From: Bacteroidota bacterium
Lineage (GTDB): Bacteria > Bacteroidota > Bacteroidia > B-17B0 > Aurantibacillaceae
Length of the DNA: 64,000 nucleotides
Reading direction: 5' to 3'
NCBI GenBank assembly: GCA_013816895.1
Contig: JACDDR010000001.1
Span: 17,117 to 81,116 of the forward strand
A program made the translations under genes and the position numbers. Positions 55,846-64,000 of this stretch are shown in pieces. Position 1 is the stretch's first letter; each line of letters begins with the position of its first letter. The notes under the pieces were generated by a model, which did not search any database, was not told where the DNA came from, and saw nothing but the letters and a program-made list of their open reading frames with translations.

Positions 55846-58267
55846 CCCTGGCTGACACGCTCGTAAGCACCTCGTAAGTGATCGTATTCATTGCACGCGC
55901 CATTGCAAGTAACTGATCAAAATTTTTAAAGATGATTACTTCATCGCGTTCCTGGCAATTCACATTGGTAATATCCACCATGCACATGTCCATACAAACA
56001 TTTCCAATGGTCTTGCAATACATACCGTTCACGTAAACGCCGAACGCCCCATTACCCAGTATCCGCGGGAACCCATCGGCATAGCCAATTGGAATTGTTG
56101 CAATGCGTATATCTTTTTCTGCTTTGCCGTTCCTGTTATACCCTACTGTTTCACCCGCCTTGACATTTTTTATTTGCGAGATCTTAGTTTTTAACGTGCC
56201 AACATTCTGTAGATGTATTTGCTCTTCACTATCCACACCAACGCCATGCATTCCTATGCCAAGGCGAATCATGTCGAAATGTGCGGCGGGAAACCTTTTC
56301 ACCGCGCCGGAATTACAGATATGTTTTAAAAACGGGTAGGATATTGCTTTTTCAAATTTTTGACAGAAGGACGTAAAAAGCTGGACCTGTTCCCTCGTAA
56401 AATCGTCAAGATCCGGATTGTCGGAGGCAGCAAGGTGAGAGAATATGCTTTGGACTTTTATCTGCGGGGTATTGCTTAATATTTTTATGAGTTCATCTGT
56501 TTCATTTTGTTCAAACCCGAGGCGATGCATGCCGGTGTCCACTTTGATGTGAACAGGGTAAGGCTGCGAAATTCCAAGCTTATCGAGTTTTAAAACAAAA
56601 TCATTCAACGATTTAAAACTGTAAATCTCTGGTTCAAGCCGGTAATTAATAATGTCTTCAAATGCGTCCAGTTCAGGACTCATCACCATTACAGGCAAAT
56701 TAATCTGTGACTGTCTAAGTTCGACACCTTCATCAGCATAAGCAACGGCAAGGTAATTTACACCAAGGTGCTGCAGTGTTTTTGCGAGTTCACTCCCCCC
56801 CCCGCCATAGCCCATCGCTTTCACCATGCACATGATCTTTACATTGGGGTTCATCAATGATCTGAAATAGTCGACATTTGCGGCAAGTTTACCCAAATCG
56901 ATTTCAAGAACCGTATCGTGACTCTTTTGCTGAAGCAAATTTCCAATTCCTTCGAAACCGAAGCTGCGGCTACCCTTTAAAAGAACAGTGGAATGACTGA
57001 ACTTATGATCAAGGCTTTTAAAATTACGGATGAAGTCTTCGGTGCTTTCAAAAAACAATGAGCCGCTCTTAAAAAAAGATTTAAATGCGCTGATCTTTTT
57101 TCCAATGCCAATCAGCTGTTCAATTTTATTAGCGGCAATCATTTCGGACATGATCTTATATAACTGACTGTCGAGCATGCCCGATTGTTCAATGTCAGAA
57201 ACAATTACCGCTTTATGTTGCCTTCTGTTTTGCTGGTGTAAAAACCCAAGCGCAATTTTCAGCGAGTCGAGGTCGGAATTATAATAATCATTTATTATTA
57301 AAGAATTATGAATGCCATTTTTGATTTCCAGACGCAGTGCAATTGGCGCTAAATCAGCAACACGTGACTTGATCTTATCTACAGACACTTCCAGCTCCAA
57401 TAGTACGGCGATACAGGTAGAAACATTTTGCACACTTGCTTCATCGCTGAAAGGAATTTGTAATTCAAATTCTAAAGTCCCTTTCCTGATTTTCAAAAGT
57501 CCGTCATTGAATGTGAACTTCAGATCTGCTTCTTCTCCCGCACCCACCATCGTAGCCGTGGTCCTAATGTTCTGAGGAATTACGTTTTCATTCAAACCGT
57601 TGATAATATTTCTTTTGCTTCCCAAAAGGAGCTTTAATTTTTCACCGATCTTTTGTTCGCGGCTTTCAAATCCTTCATCATGAGCGGATCCAATAGAAGT
57701 TAGCACGCCAAGAGTTGGTTGTATGATCATGGCCAGTTTATCCATCTCGCCCGGCAAAGAAATTCCCGCTTCAAAAATTCCAAGTGTGTGGCTACTGTTT
57801 AAGTTTAAAACGCTTAAGGGAACTCCTAACTGAGAATTAAAACTTTTAGGACTCCTGCAAATGGAGAAATCGTTTTTCAGAAGCTGGTAAAGCCATTCCT
57901 TAACCATTGTTTTGCCATTGCTACCCGTAATACCTATAACCGGTATGTTGAATTGACTTCTGTGATGTGCAGCCAGGTTTTGTAAAGCCCTCAGGGGCTC
58001 TTCACTAATGACAAATGAAACTACAGAGAGATCGAAAACGTTTATATCAATTTCATTTTTATTAATGAGAAAGGAAGTCACACCTTTTTCAATAAGCTCC
58101 GCGATATAGTGATGCCCGTTGTTTTTGGAAGTTTTTAGAGCAATAAACAGAAGCTCTTTGCCATCAACCAAGTTCCGGCTGTCGGTAAGAAACGAATTAA
58201 CGGGATAATTAATTTTACCTTTTATCTCCGACCCTGTAATTTCCGCTATTTGCTTAAGGGTGTACAT
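55820..58267 (-). CDS. alr: Bifunctional UDP-MurNAc-tripeptide:D-Ala-D-Ala ligase (MurF) / alanine racemase
   Basis: MurF part: DSR, GITGSNGKT, SFNSQLGVP, GIFEAGIS, LINDYYNSD, LLKGSR. Alr part: MVKAMGYG (PLP Lys), HIKVDTGMHRLG, FSHLA, RLGIG, VGYN, IGYADG, GNVCMDM. Confidence 0.96.
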   Translation of the reverse strand: MYTLKQIAEITGSEIKGKINYPVNSFLTDSRNLVDGKELLFIALKTSKNNGHHYIAELIEKGVTSFLINKNEIDINVFDLSVVSFVISEEPLRALQNLAAHHRSQFNIPVIGITGSNGKTMVKEWLYQLLKNDFSICRSPKSFNSQLGVPLSVLNLNSSHTLGIFEAGISLPGEMDKLAMIIQPTLGVLTSIGSAHDEGFESREQKIGEKLKLLLGSKRNIINGLNENVIPQNIRTTATMVGAGEEADLKFTFNDGLLKIRKGTLEFELQIPFSDEASVQNVSTCIAVLLELEVSVDKIKSRVADLAPIALRLEIKNGIHNSLIINDYYNSDLDSLKIALGFLHQQNRRQHKAVIVSDIEQSGMLDSQLYKIMSEMIAANKIEQLIGIGKKISAFKSFFKSGSLFFESTEDFIRNFKSLDHKFSHSTVLLKGSRSFGFEGIGNLLQQKSHDTVLEIDLGKLAANVDYFRSLMNPNVKIMCMVKAMGYGGGGSELAKTLQHLGVNYLAVAYADEGVELRQSQINLPVMVMSPELDAFEDIINYRLEPEIYSFKSLNDFVLKLDKLGISQPYPVHIKVDTGMHRLGFEQNETDELIKILSNTPQIKVQSIFSHLAASDNPDLDDFTREQVQLFTSFCQKFEKAISYPFLKHICNSGAVKRFPAAHFDMIRLGIGMHGVGVDSEEQIHLQNVGTLKTKISQIKNVKAGETVGYNRNGKAEKDIRIATIPIGYADGFPRILGNGAFGVYVNGMYCKTIGNVCMDMCMVDITNVNCQERDEVIIFKNFDQLLAMARAMNTITYEVLTSVSARVKRVYVQE

Positions 58268-58845
58268 TAACGCGTTATAAAGTTTTTGTTAAAACAAGAT
58301 CTGCACAACGGTTCGTAACTATCCGTTTCACCTAGCAACACAAGACCCTCATCTTTCGTTTTACGGTGACTAACGTATGCTAGCTCGCCGCAATGCATAC
58401 ATATCGCGTGAACTTTAGTAACGTACTCCGCGCTGGCCATCAGTTCAGGCATCGGACCAAAGGGTTTGCCGGTATAATCAAGATCAAGTCCCGCTGCAAT
58501 TACACGAATCCCGCGTTTTGCCAGTTCATTGCACACATAAGGAAGTTCGCTGTCGAAAAACTGTGCTTCGTCAATTCCAATCACATCTGCATCGGTTGCC
58601 AATAAAAGAATATTTGAACTGGAAGGAACCGGCGTACTCATAATCTCAACGCCGTTATGACTTACCACTTTTAACTCGTGATACCGGGTATCGGTCATGG
58701 GTTTGAAGATTTCAACTTTCTGTTTTGCGAACTGGGCCCGCTTTAAACGCCGGATCAATTCTTCCGTTTTACCGGAAAACATGCTTCCGCAGATCACTTC
58801 GACCCATCCACGTTTACGCTGCGAATTATTGTTCTCTAAAAACAT
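58267..58845 (-). CDS. tdk: Thymidine kinase
   Basis: [53 protein letters not shown]. Confidence 0.97.
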   Translation of the reverse strand: MFLENNNSQRKRGWVEVICGSMFSGKTEELIRRLKRAQFAKQKVEIFKPMTDTRYHELKVVSHNGVEIMSTPVPSSSNILLLATDADVIGIDEAQFFDSELPYVCNELAKRGIRVIAAGLDLDYTGKPFGPMPELMASAEYVTKVHAICMHCGELAYVSHRKTKDEGLVLLGETDSYEPLCRSCFNKNFITR

Positions 58846-58931
58846 TGTTTAAAAGGCGTTCAAAACAAATTTTAAATGTAAGCTAAGGTGTAACAAAATC
58901 AAACTAAATTTAATAGCATAATATACACAAC

Positions 58932-59480
58932 ATGGCCCTGGAAAAAGTATTGCATAAGATTCAGATACAGGTGAAGGAACTGGCGCCAACGCTTGAACTG
59001 TTTATTGATGACAGCATACAACCCTCTGTAACGGATTGCGAAACATTACAGCATCAGATCAACCAACTGGCCGAATGCCTTGCCGTTTACAAATTCCAGA
59101 AAAAAGAAAAAGAGATCTCACCGAGTTTTAATATTCACGCCAAAGTAAGTGAAAAAGAAACCGTTATCTCCGCCGTTAGAGAAGAAATTAAATCTGAAAA
59201 GAAAACTGAGGTTGCTATTCCTAAAACCGAAAAAGAACCAGCAAACGAAATAAAACTTCCACCGCTTACATTCGGAATTAACGACAAATTCAGATTCATC
59301 AATGAGTTGTTTAAACAAAATAATTCAGAGTACAACATTGCCCTGGAGCAGTTGAGTAGTCTTGCCACCTGGGCCGATGCTGAAATTTACCTTGCTTCCT
59401 TAAAAGACCTTTATGATTGGAAGGACAATGAAGAAGTGGTTGTTTATTTTTATTCGCTCATAAAAAAGCGTTATTCCTAA
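58932..59480 (+). CDS. Conserved hypothetical cytoplasmic protein
   Basis: 182 aa ORF with an N-terminal helical region, a charged linker and a C-terminal GINDKFRFINELF...W domain. Confidence 0.75.
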   Translation: MALEKVLHKIQIQVKELAPTLELFIDDSIQPSVTDCETLQHQINQLAECLAVYKFQKKEKEISPSFNIHAKVSEKETVISAVREEIKSEKKTEVAIPKTEKEPANEIKLPPLTFGINDKFRFINELFKQNNSEYNIALEQLSSLATWADAEIYLASLKDLYDWKDNEEVVVYFYSLIKKRYS

Positions 59481-60626
59481 ATGCTAAAATACTTTTATCT
59501 TGTTCTTGTTCTTTTTTCTTGCCGTGTCTCCAGCGCTCAGGATACTGTTTACGCGCGTGCTGTTATAAAAAAACTTACTTCAAAAGAATTTTTCGGAAGA
59601 GGTTATTTAAATAACGGTCTTGAAAAAGCCGCGAGCTACATTTCCTCAGAATTAAAACGCCTTGATGCAAAGCCTTTGTTTTCTACAGGGTACTACCAAT
59701 GGTTTGATTTTAATGTGAATACTTTTCCTGATAAAATAACAGTTAAGATCAACAACAAACTTTTAAAGCCAGGCGAGGATTATATTTTAAATCCAGCCAG
59801 CGCCGGATTGAAAGGAAAATATATTTTACAGAAAAAAGATTCAGTAACCTATGTTGCCACTGACGCTGAAATGCCTCTGGTAGTAGCCCTGAAGAAGAAA
59901 TTAACCTTTGGCGTATCTACCTCAACGGCGAATTTCTGCATGGTTGAACTGCTGAATAAAAGTTACGGTGAACTAAAAACTGCGGAAGTAAATATTCAGA
60001 ATAAAATCCTCACAAAATACATCAACAAGAATATTTGTGCCTTCGTTGAAGGAAAAGAAAAAACAGATACTACAATTGTTTACTCGGCCCATTACGATCA
60101 TCTAGGAGGCCTTGGAAAAAAAACCTGGTTCCCTGGCGCGAACGATAATGCTAGCGGCGTAAGTGTATTACTAAATCTTATAAAGCATTACAACAAGTAT
60201 CCTCCAAAATATAAAACCCTGTTTATCTTTTTCGCAGGCGAAGAAGCCGGCTTGCTGGGATCACATTATTTTGTAGAGAACAAAACAATCGACCTCACAA
60301 AAATTAAATTCCTTATTAACCTGGATCTTTTAGGAACAGGCGATGAAGGAATAATGGTGGTAAACGGCGCAATTCTCCAAAAACAATTTGAATTACTTAA
60401 CCAGGTTAACAGCGAAAAAAATCTGGTGAAGGAAATTAAAAAGCGTGGTAAGGCGCAGAACAGCGACCACTACTGGTTTACTGAAGCCGGCGTTCCATGT
60501 TTTTTTATCTATACAATGGGCGGCATAAAAGCGTACCATGACGTTTATGATGTAGAAAAAACACTGCCGCTAACAGATTATACCGACGTTTTTAAACTGC
60601 TAACTGAATTTGTTTCCAGGCTTTAA
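59481..60626 (+). CDS. M28 family peptidase (exported)
   Basis: FFGRGY, SAHYDHLG, GANDNASG, FAGEEAGLLGS, INLDL, SDHYWF, YHDVYD. Confidence 0.92.
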   Translation: MLKYFYLVLVLFSCRVSSAQDTVYARAVIKKLTSKEFFGRGYLNNGLEKAASYISSELKRLDAKPLFSTGYYQWFDFNVNTFPDKITVKINNKLLKPGEDYILNPASAGLKGKYILQKKDSVTYVATDAEMPLVVALKKKLTFGVSTSTANFCMVELLNKSYGELKTAEVNIQNKILTKYINKNICAFVEGKEKTDTTIVYSAHYDHLGGLGKKTWFPGANDNASGVSVLLNLIKHYNKYPPKYKTLFIFFAGEEAGLLGSHYFVENKTIDLTKIKFLINLDLLGTGDEGIMVVNGAILQKQFELLNQVNSEKNLVKEIKKRGKAQNSDHYWFTEAGVPCFFIYTMGGIKAYHDVYDVEKTLPLTDYTDVFKLLTEFVSRL

Positions 60627-60656
60627 GACACGCGTTGAAGGTCTCCGGAGAAAAAC

Positions 60657-61232
60657 TTATTTTCTATACAGGTTCATTTCATCCACATATTCCCACACTT
60701 TTGGATGCATAAAGTACTGGATGTTCTTTTTCTCCTTTATAGCCCGCCTGATAAAAGTAGATGAGATCTCTATGATTGGCGCTTCCGTTAAATGAATCCG
60801 GGGATGTGTATCAAACTTTGAAGGAAGATTTCCTATTCGCGGATACACGTACACGTCGTGATTTTTTAATATTTCTTCATGGTTTTTCCATTTATCAAAG
60901 GTTTCCAGATTATCGTGCCCCATGATCAGACTGAAATTATGTTCAGGAAATTTTTCTTTAAGATGCGCGAGTGTGTTTACTGTGTAGGAAGGTTGCGGAA
61001 GATCAAACTCAATATTACTTGCTTTGATTTTCGGATGAAAGTCGAGTGCGAGGTTAACCAAATGCAGGCGGTCGTTCTGATTTAATAAACCAGCTTTATT
61101 TTTCAAAGGATTATGCGGACTGATAACAAACCAAACCTGTTCCATATTGGTAAAGCACAACATGTAATTTGCCATGGCCAGGTGCCCGATATGCACCGGA
61201 TTGAATGAACCAAAAAATAATCCTACGTGCAT
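60657..61232 (-). CDS. nadD: Nicotinate-nucleotide adenylyltransferase
   Basis: GLFFGSFNPVHIGH, SPHNPLK, PSYTVNTL, LIMGHDN, ISSTFIR. Confidence 0.96.
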   Translation of the reverse strand: MHVGLFFGSFNPVHIGHLAMANYMLCFTNMEQVWFVISPHNPLKNKAGLLNQNDRLHLVNLALDFHPKIKASNIEFDLPQPSYTVNTLAHLKEKFPEHNFSLIMGHDNLETFDKWKNHEEILKNHDVYVYPRIGNLPSKFDTHPRIHLTEAPIIEISSTFIRRAIKEKKNIQYFMHPKVWEYVDEMNLYRK

Positions 61233-61234
61233 GA

Positions 61235-62293
61235 TTATACTTTCTTCCTGTTAAACCCTAATGCTTTTAACATCCAATCCGGCAACCGCTTCTCGGGTGC
61301 GCGTTTGGTAAGATCTAAATACCACCCCCATTTTTTCATAATGGGAATTTTTTTCGTTTCAACGAATTCAATTAAAGCGCCATCCGGATCTTCGATGTAG
61401 GTAAAATGTCCGGCTGCTTCTCCCATTTCGAAACCAGCGCCTCCGTCTACGGTAAATGGATGGCCGTTTTTTTCACAGGAATGTTTTAAACTGTTCATGT
61501 CTTTTATATCAAAACACAAATGAATAAACCCCAGATCGCCCCAATAGCGGTTTTCAAATATTTTCTTTGGTGTATAATTTTTACCCTCTACTAATTCGAT
61601 ATAACTATTGCCAAATAGTTTTGAAAAAGGTCCTTTACGTGCTTCGCTATGCGTAAGAATAGCCCGCTTGCAGGAAACAGCCCCGCCAGGCAAAACCGAA
61701 AGGTCAGCAAAACTATCTTCTCCTTTAAAAAGGATTTTGTCGTATCCTAAAATCTCTGAATAAAATTTCATCGATCTTTCAATATTGCTTACGCCCACTA
61801 TCATGCCAACCGGGCCTCCGATAGAAGGACCCTTGTTTGAAAACCAGGCATCATCTTCAATCACTTCAAACAAATTTCCAAAAGGATCTTCTACAAAAAA
61901 ATGTTTTTTGTCTGTAGGAGATGGAAGAATCTCGCTCAGCAACTTGGTTCCGCTCAATTTCAATTGATCATAAGCAGCGCCTATATTATCGGTTTTTATT
62001 TTAGCACAAAAAAGGCCGAGATCGCCGAGCTGCGGTTTAAATTCCGGAGCCTGAGGAGTGCGGCTCGTATACTGCCAGATCTCAAAACCTCCGCCTCCTC
62101 TTAAATTAATTGCCAATATAGCATGCCTTGAATGGGGTTTGCCACCGGTATAAGGCAACATAAGTTTGGCTTCAGCGGCTTCTTCAAAAACAGGCACATC
62201 CATGCCAAAATTTTTATTGTACCATTTGAAGCCTTCCTGTACATTGGCAACCCCAATGCCAACCTGTTGTATTCCTGAAATGATGTGCGACAT
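61235..62293 (-). CDS. VOC (glyoxalase/bleomycin resistance) family protein with two domains
   Basis: GIQQVGIGV, FEIWQY, FFVEDPFGNLFEV, IHLCFD, YIEDPDGALIEFVE. Confidence 0.85.
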   Translation of the reverse strand: MSHIISGIQQVGIGVANVQEGFKWYNKNFGMDVPVFEEAAEAKLMLPYTGGKPHSRHAILAINLRGGGGFEIWQYTSRTPQAPEFKPQLGDLGLFCAKIKTDNIGAAYDQLKLSGTKLLSEILPSPTDKKHFFVEDPFGNLFEVIEDDAWFSNKGPSIGGPVGMIVGVSNIERSMKFYSEILGYDKILFKGEDSFADLSVLPGGAVSCKRAILTHSEARKGPFSKLFGNSYIELVEGKNYTPKKIFENRYWGDLGFIHLCFDIKDMNSLKHSCEKNGHPFTVDGGAGFEMGEAAGHFTYIEDPDGALIEFVETKKIPIMKKWGWYLDLTKRAPEKRLPDWMLKALGFNRKKV

Positions 62294-62502
62294 ATTAAGT
62301 TCAAATTTAGGAAGAAATTAGGTAAACCAATCTTTAAAATCAACGCAAGATCAGAAGTAAAATTAAAAAAATTATGCTATTACCTACTTATATTTGAATT
62401 AGGCAAACCCGACATCTGTCATTAAAAAATAGTTTCAGGTGGAAAAGCATTTCGTTAGTCCATGCCGTGCTTTTTCTTTAATTTTAGCTCTAAATCATTA
62501 TT

Positions 62503-63690
62503 ATGTACGGCCAGCTAAAACAGCAATTACAATCTACGTTATCAGAAATAGAATCCAACGGTTTATTTAAGCGTGAACGTATCATTACTACTCCACAGGG
62601 AGCCTCCGTTAAAGTTAACGGAAAAGACGTCATTATTTTTTGCGCCAATAACTATCTCGGACTTTCTTCGCATCCGCAAGTGATCGAAGGGGCAAAAAAA
62701 GCCATGGATACGCATGGCTATGGAATGAGCAGCGTACGCTTTATTTGCGGAACACAGGATATTCATAAAACCCTTGAGAAAAAAATCGCAGAGTTTTTCG
62801 GCACAGAAGATACAATTTTATACGCGGCGGCATTTGACGCAAATGGTGGGATTTTTGAACCTTTGTTTGATGAACAGGACGCCATCATCAGTGACGAGTT
62901 AAACCATGCCAGTATAATTGACGGCGTACGATTGTGTAAAGCACAGCGTTATCGTTATAAAAATTGCGACATGGCCGATCTTGAAGAGCAATTAAAAAAG
63001 TCGCAGGCACAACGTAACCGGATTATTGTTACTGATGGTGTTTTCAGTATGGATGGCTTTGTGGCGCCGCTGGATAAAATATGCGACCTGGCTGATAAAT
63101 ATAACGCGCTTGTTATGGTCGACGAAAGTCATGCCACTGGCTTCATTGGTAAAACCGGCCGCGGAACAGTGGAATTAAAAAATGTGATGAAACGCATCGA
63201 CATTATTACCGGCACCCTGGGTAAAGCACTTGGCGGGGCGATGGGTGGCTTTACGACAGGACCAAAAGAAGTAATAGAGATATTAAGGCAGCGCTCGCGT
63301 CCTTATTTATTTTCCAACTCACTGGCTCCTGCAATTGTAGGGGCTTCGATAGCGGTGTTTGATCTTTTAAGCAACACCACAGAGTTACGTGACAAACTTG
63401 AACTAAATATAAATTATTTCAAAGAAGGAATTAAGAAAATTGGCCTGGATTATAAAGAAGGAGAATCTGCAATTGTGCCGGTGATGCTTTACGATGCAAA
63501 ACTATCTCAGCAGTTTGCCGATAAGTTACTGGATGAAGGAATTTATGTGATCGGCTTCTTTTATCCTGTGGTTCCGAAAGACAAGGCGCGCATCCGTGTA
63601 CAAATCAGCGCTGCGCATACCAAGGAACATTTAGATAAGGCCCTTACTGCGTTTGAAAAAATCGGAAAAGAATTAGGGGTGATAAAATGA
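62503..63690 (+). CDS. kbl: Glycine C-acetyltransferase (2-amino-3-ketobutyrate CoA ligase)
   Basis: [79 protein letters not shown]. Confidence 0.97.
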   Translation: MYGQLKQQLQSTLSEIESNGLFKRERIITTPQGASVKVNGKDVIIFCANNYLGLSSHPQVIEGAKKAMDTHGYGMSSVRFICGTQDIHKTLEKKIAEFFGTEDTILYAAAFDANGGIFEPLFDEQDAIISDELNHASIIDGVRLCKAQRYRYKNCDMADLEEQLKKSQAQRNRIIVTDGVFSMDGFVAPLDKICDLADKYNALVMVDESHATGFIGKTGRGTVELKNVMKRIDIITGTLGKALGGAMGGFTTGPKEVIEILRQRSRPYLFSNSLAPAIVGASIAVFDLLSNTTELRDKLELNINYFKEGIKKIGLDYKEGESAIVPVMLYDAKLSQQFADKLLDEGIYVIGFFYPVVPKDKARIRVQISAAHTKEHLDKALTAFEKIGKELGVIK

Positions 63691-63716
63691 TTTTTAACTC
63701 AATTGCATTAAAACAA

Positions 63717-63742
63717 AAAAAGGAAGCTTAATGGCTTCCTTT
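63717..63742. terminator. Bidirectional intrinsic terminator
   Basis: AAAAGGAAGC-TTAATG-GCTTCCTTTT perfect 10-bp stem between convergent genes. Confidence 0.82.
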
Positions 63743-63763
63743 TCAATTTAATATATACTACTC

Positions 63764-64000
63764 TTACTTATTAAGTGTAACGTGTCCGGTCTTCGCATAG
63801 CGTTTGCCATTCAGGCCTTTGTAACTTACTTTATAAACATACACATCTGTTTTGCAATTCGACCCTTTATAAGTTCCATCCCATCCCATTGTTTGATCTT
63901 TTGAGGTGAAGATTTTCTCACCCCAGCGATCAAAAATATCCATCGTCACATCAAAGATCGAATATCCGTAAACCAGAAATACGTCGTTTAAACCATCGCC
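63764..64000 (-). CDS. C-terminal end of a T9SS type B (gliding-motility-associated CTD) protein, partial
   Basis: GDGLNDVF...IFDRWGEKIF...GWDGTYKG...DVYVYKV...GHVTLNK; the frame enters from beyond the window edge. Confidence 0.88.
   Translation of the reverse strand, partial: GDGLNDVFLVYGYSIFDVTMDIFDRWGEKIFTSKDQTMGWDGTYKGSNCKTDVYVYKVSYKGLNGKRYAKTGHVTLNK

Noticed and set aside
55820-58267. MurF-Alr fusion as a novelty
   Set aside because: The fusion is an established, widespread Bacteroidota feature
62294-62502. Glycine riboswitch, or metal-regulator boxes (AATTAGGTAAACC 62316-62328 and AATTAGGCAAACC 62397-62409), upstream of kbl/VOC
   Set aside because: No riboswitch core motifs are visible; the 13-mers are only partly palindromic and lie in very AT-rich DNA, so they are not supportable without a motif search

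Overview
A 64 kb chromosomal segment of a Bacteroidota (Bacteroidetes) bacterium. The assignment rests on T9SS type A and type B C-terminal domains, a MurF-Alr fusion, ileS-dksA-lspA synteny and TAnnTTTG-type -7 promoter elements. Most of it is housekeeping: lnt (partial), a RadD-like helicase, hemF/hemD/hemH, guaA, tRNA-Pro(TGG), mreBCD-mrdA-rodA, speA/arginase, ruvC, ileS, lspA, murF-alr, tdk, nadD and kbl. One accessory-looking block (about 17-34.5 kb) holds the five phenylacetyl-CoA epoxidase genes (paaE, paaA, paaB, paaC, paaD). These are split by two large T9SS cargo genes, an unannotated 35-aa membrane peptide and a TPR-TM-PP2C sensor phosphatase, and are followed by an AT-rich TPR-CHAT caspase-like protease. 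Other notable points: a DksA/TraR protein with a histone-H1-like basic tail and an acidic tract, a membrane protein whose coding frame extends 77 codons upstream with no ATG/GTG/TTG, a dispersed nonamer REP-like repeat family just after stop codons, and a palindromic -7 element shared by two divergent genes. I found no CRISPR array, rRNA, transposase, integrase or prophage gene. All calls come from manual motif recognition; no database searches were run.
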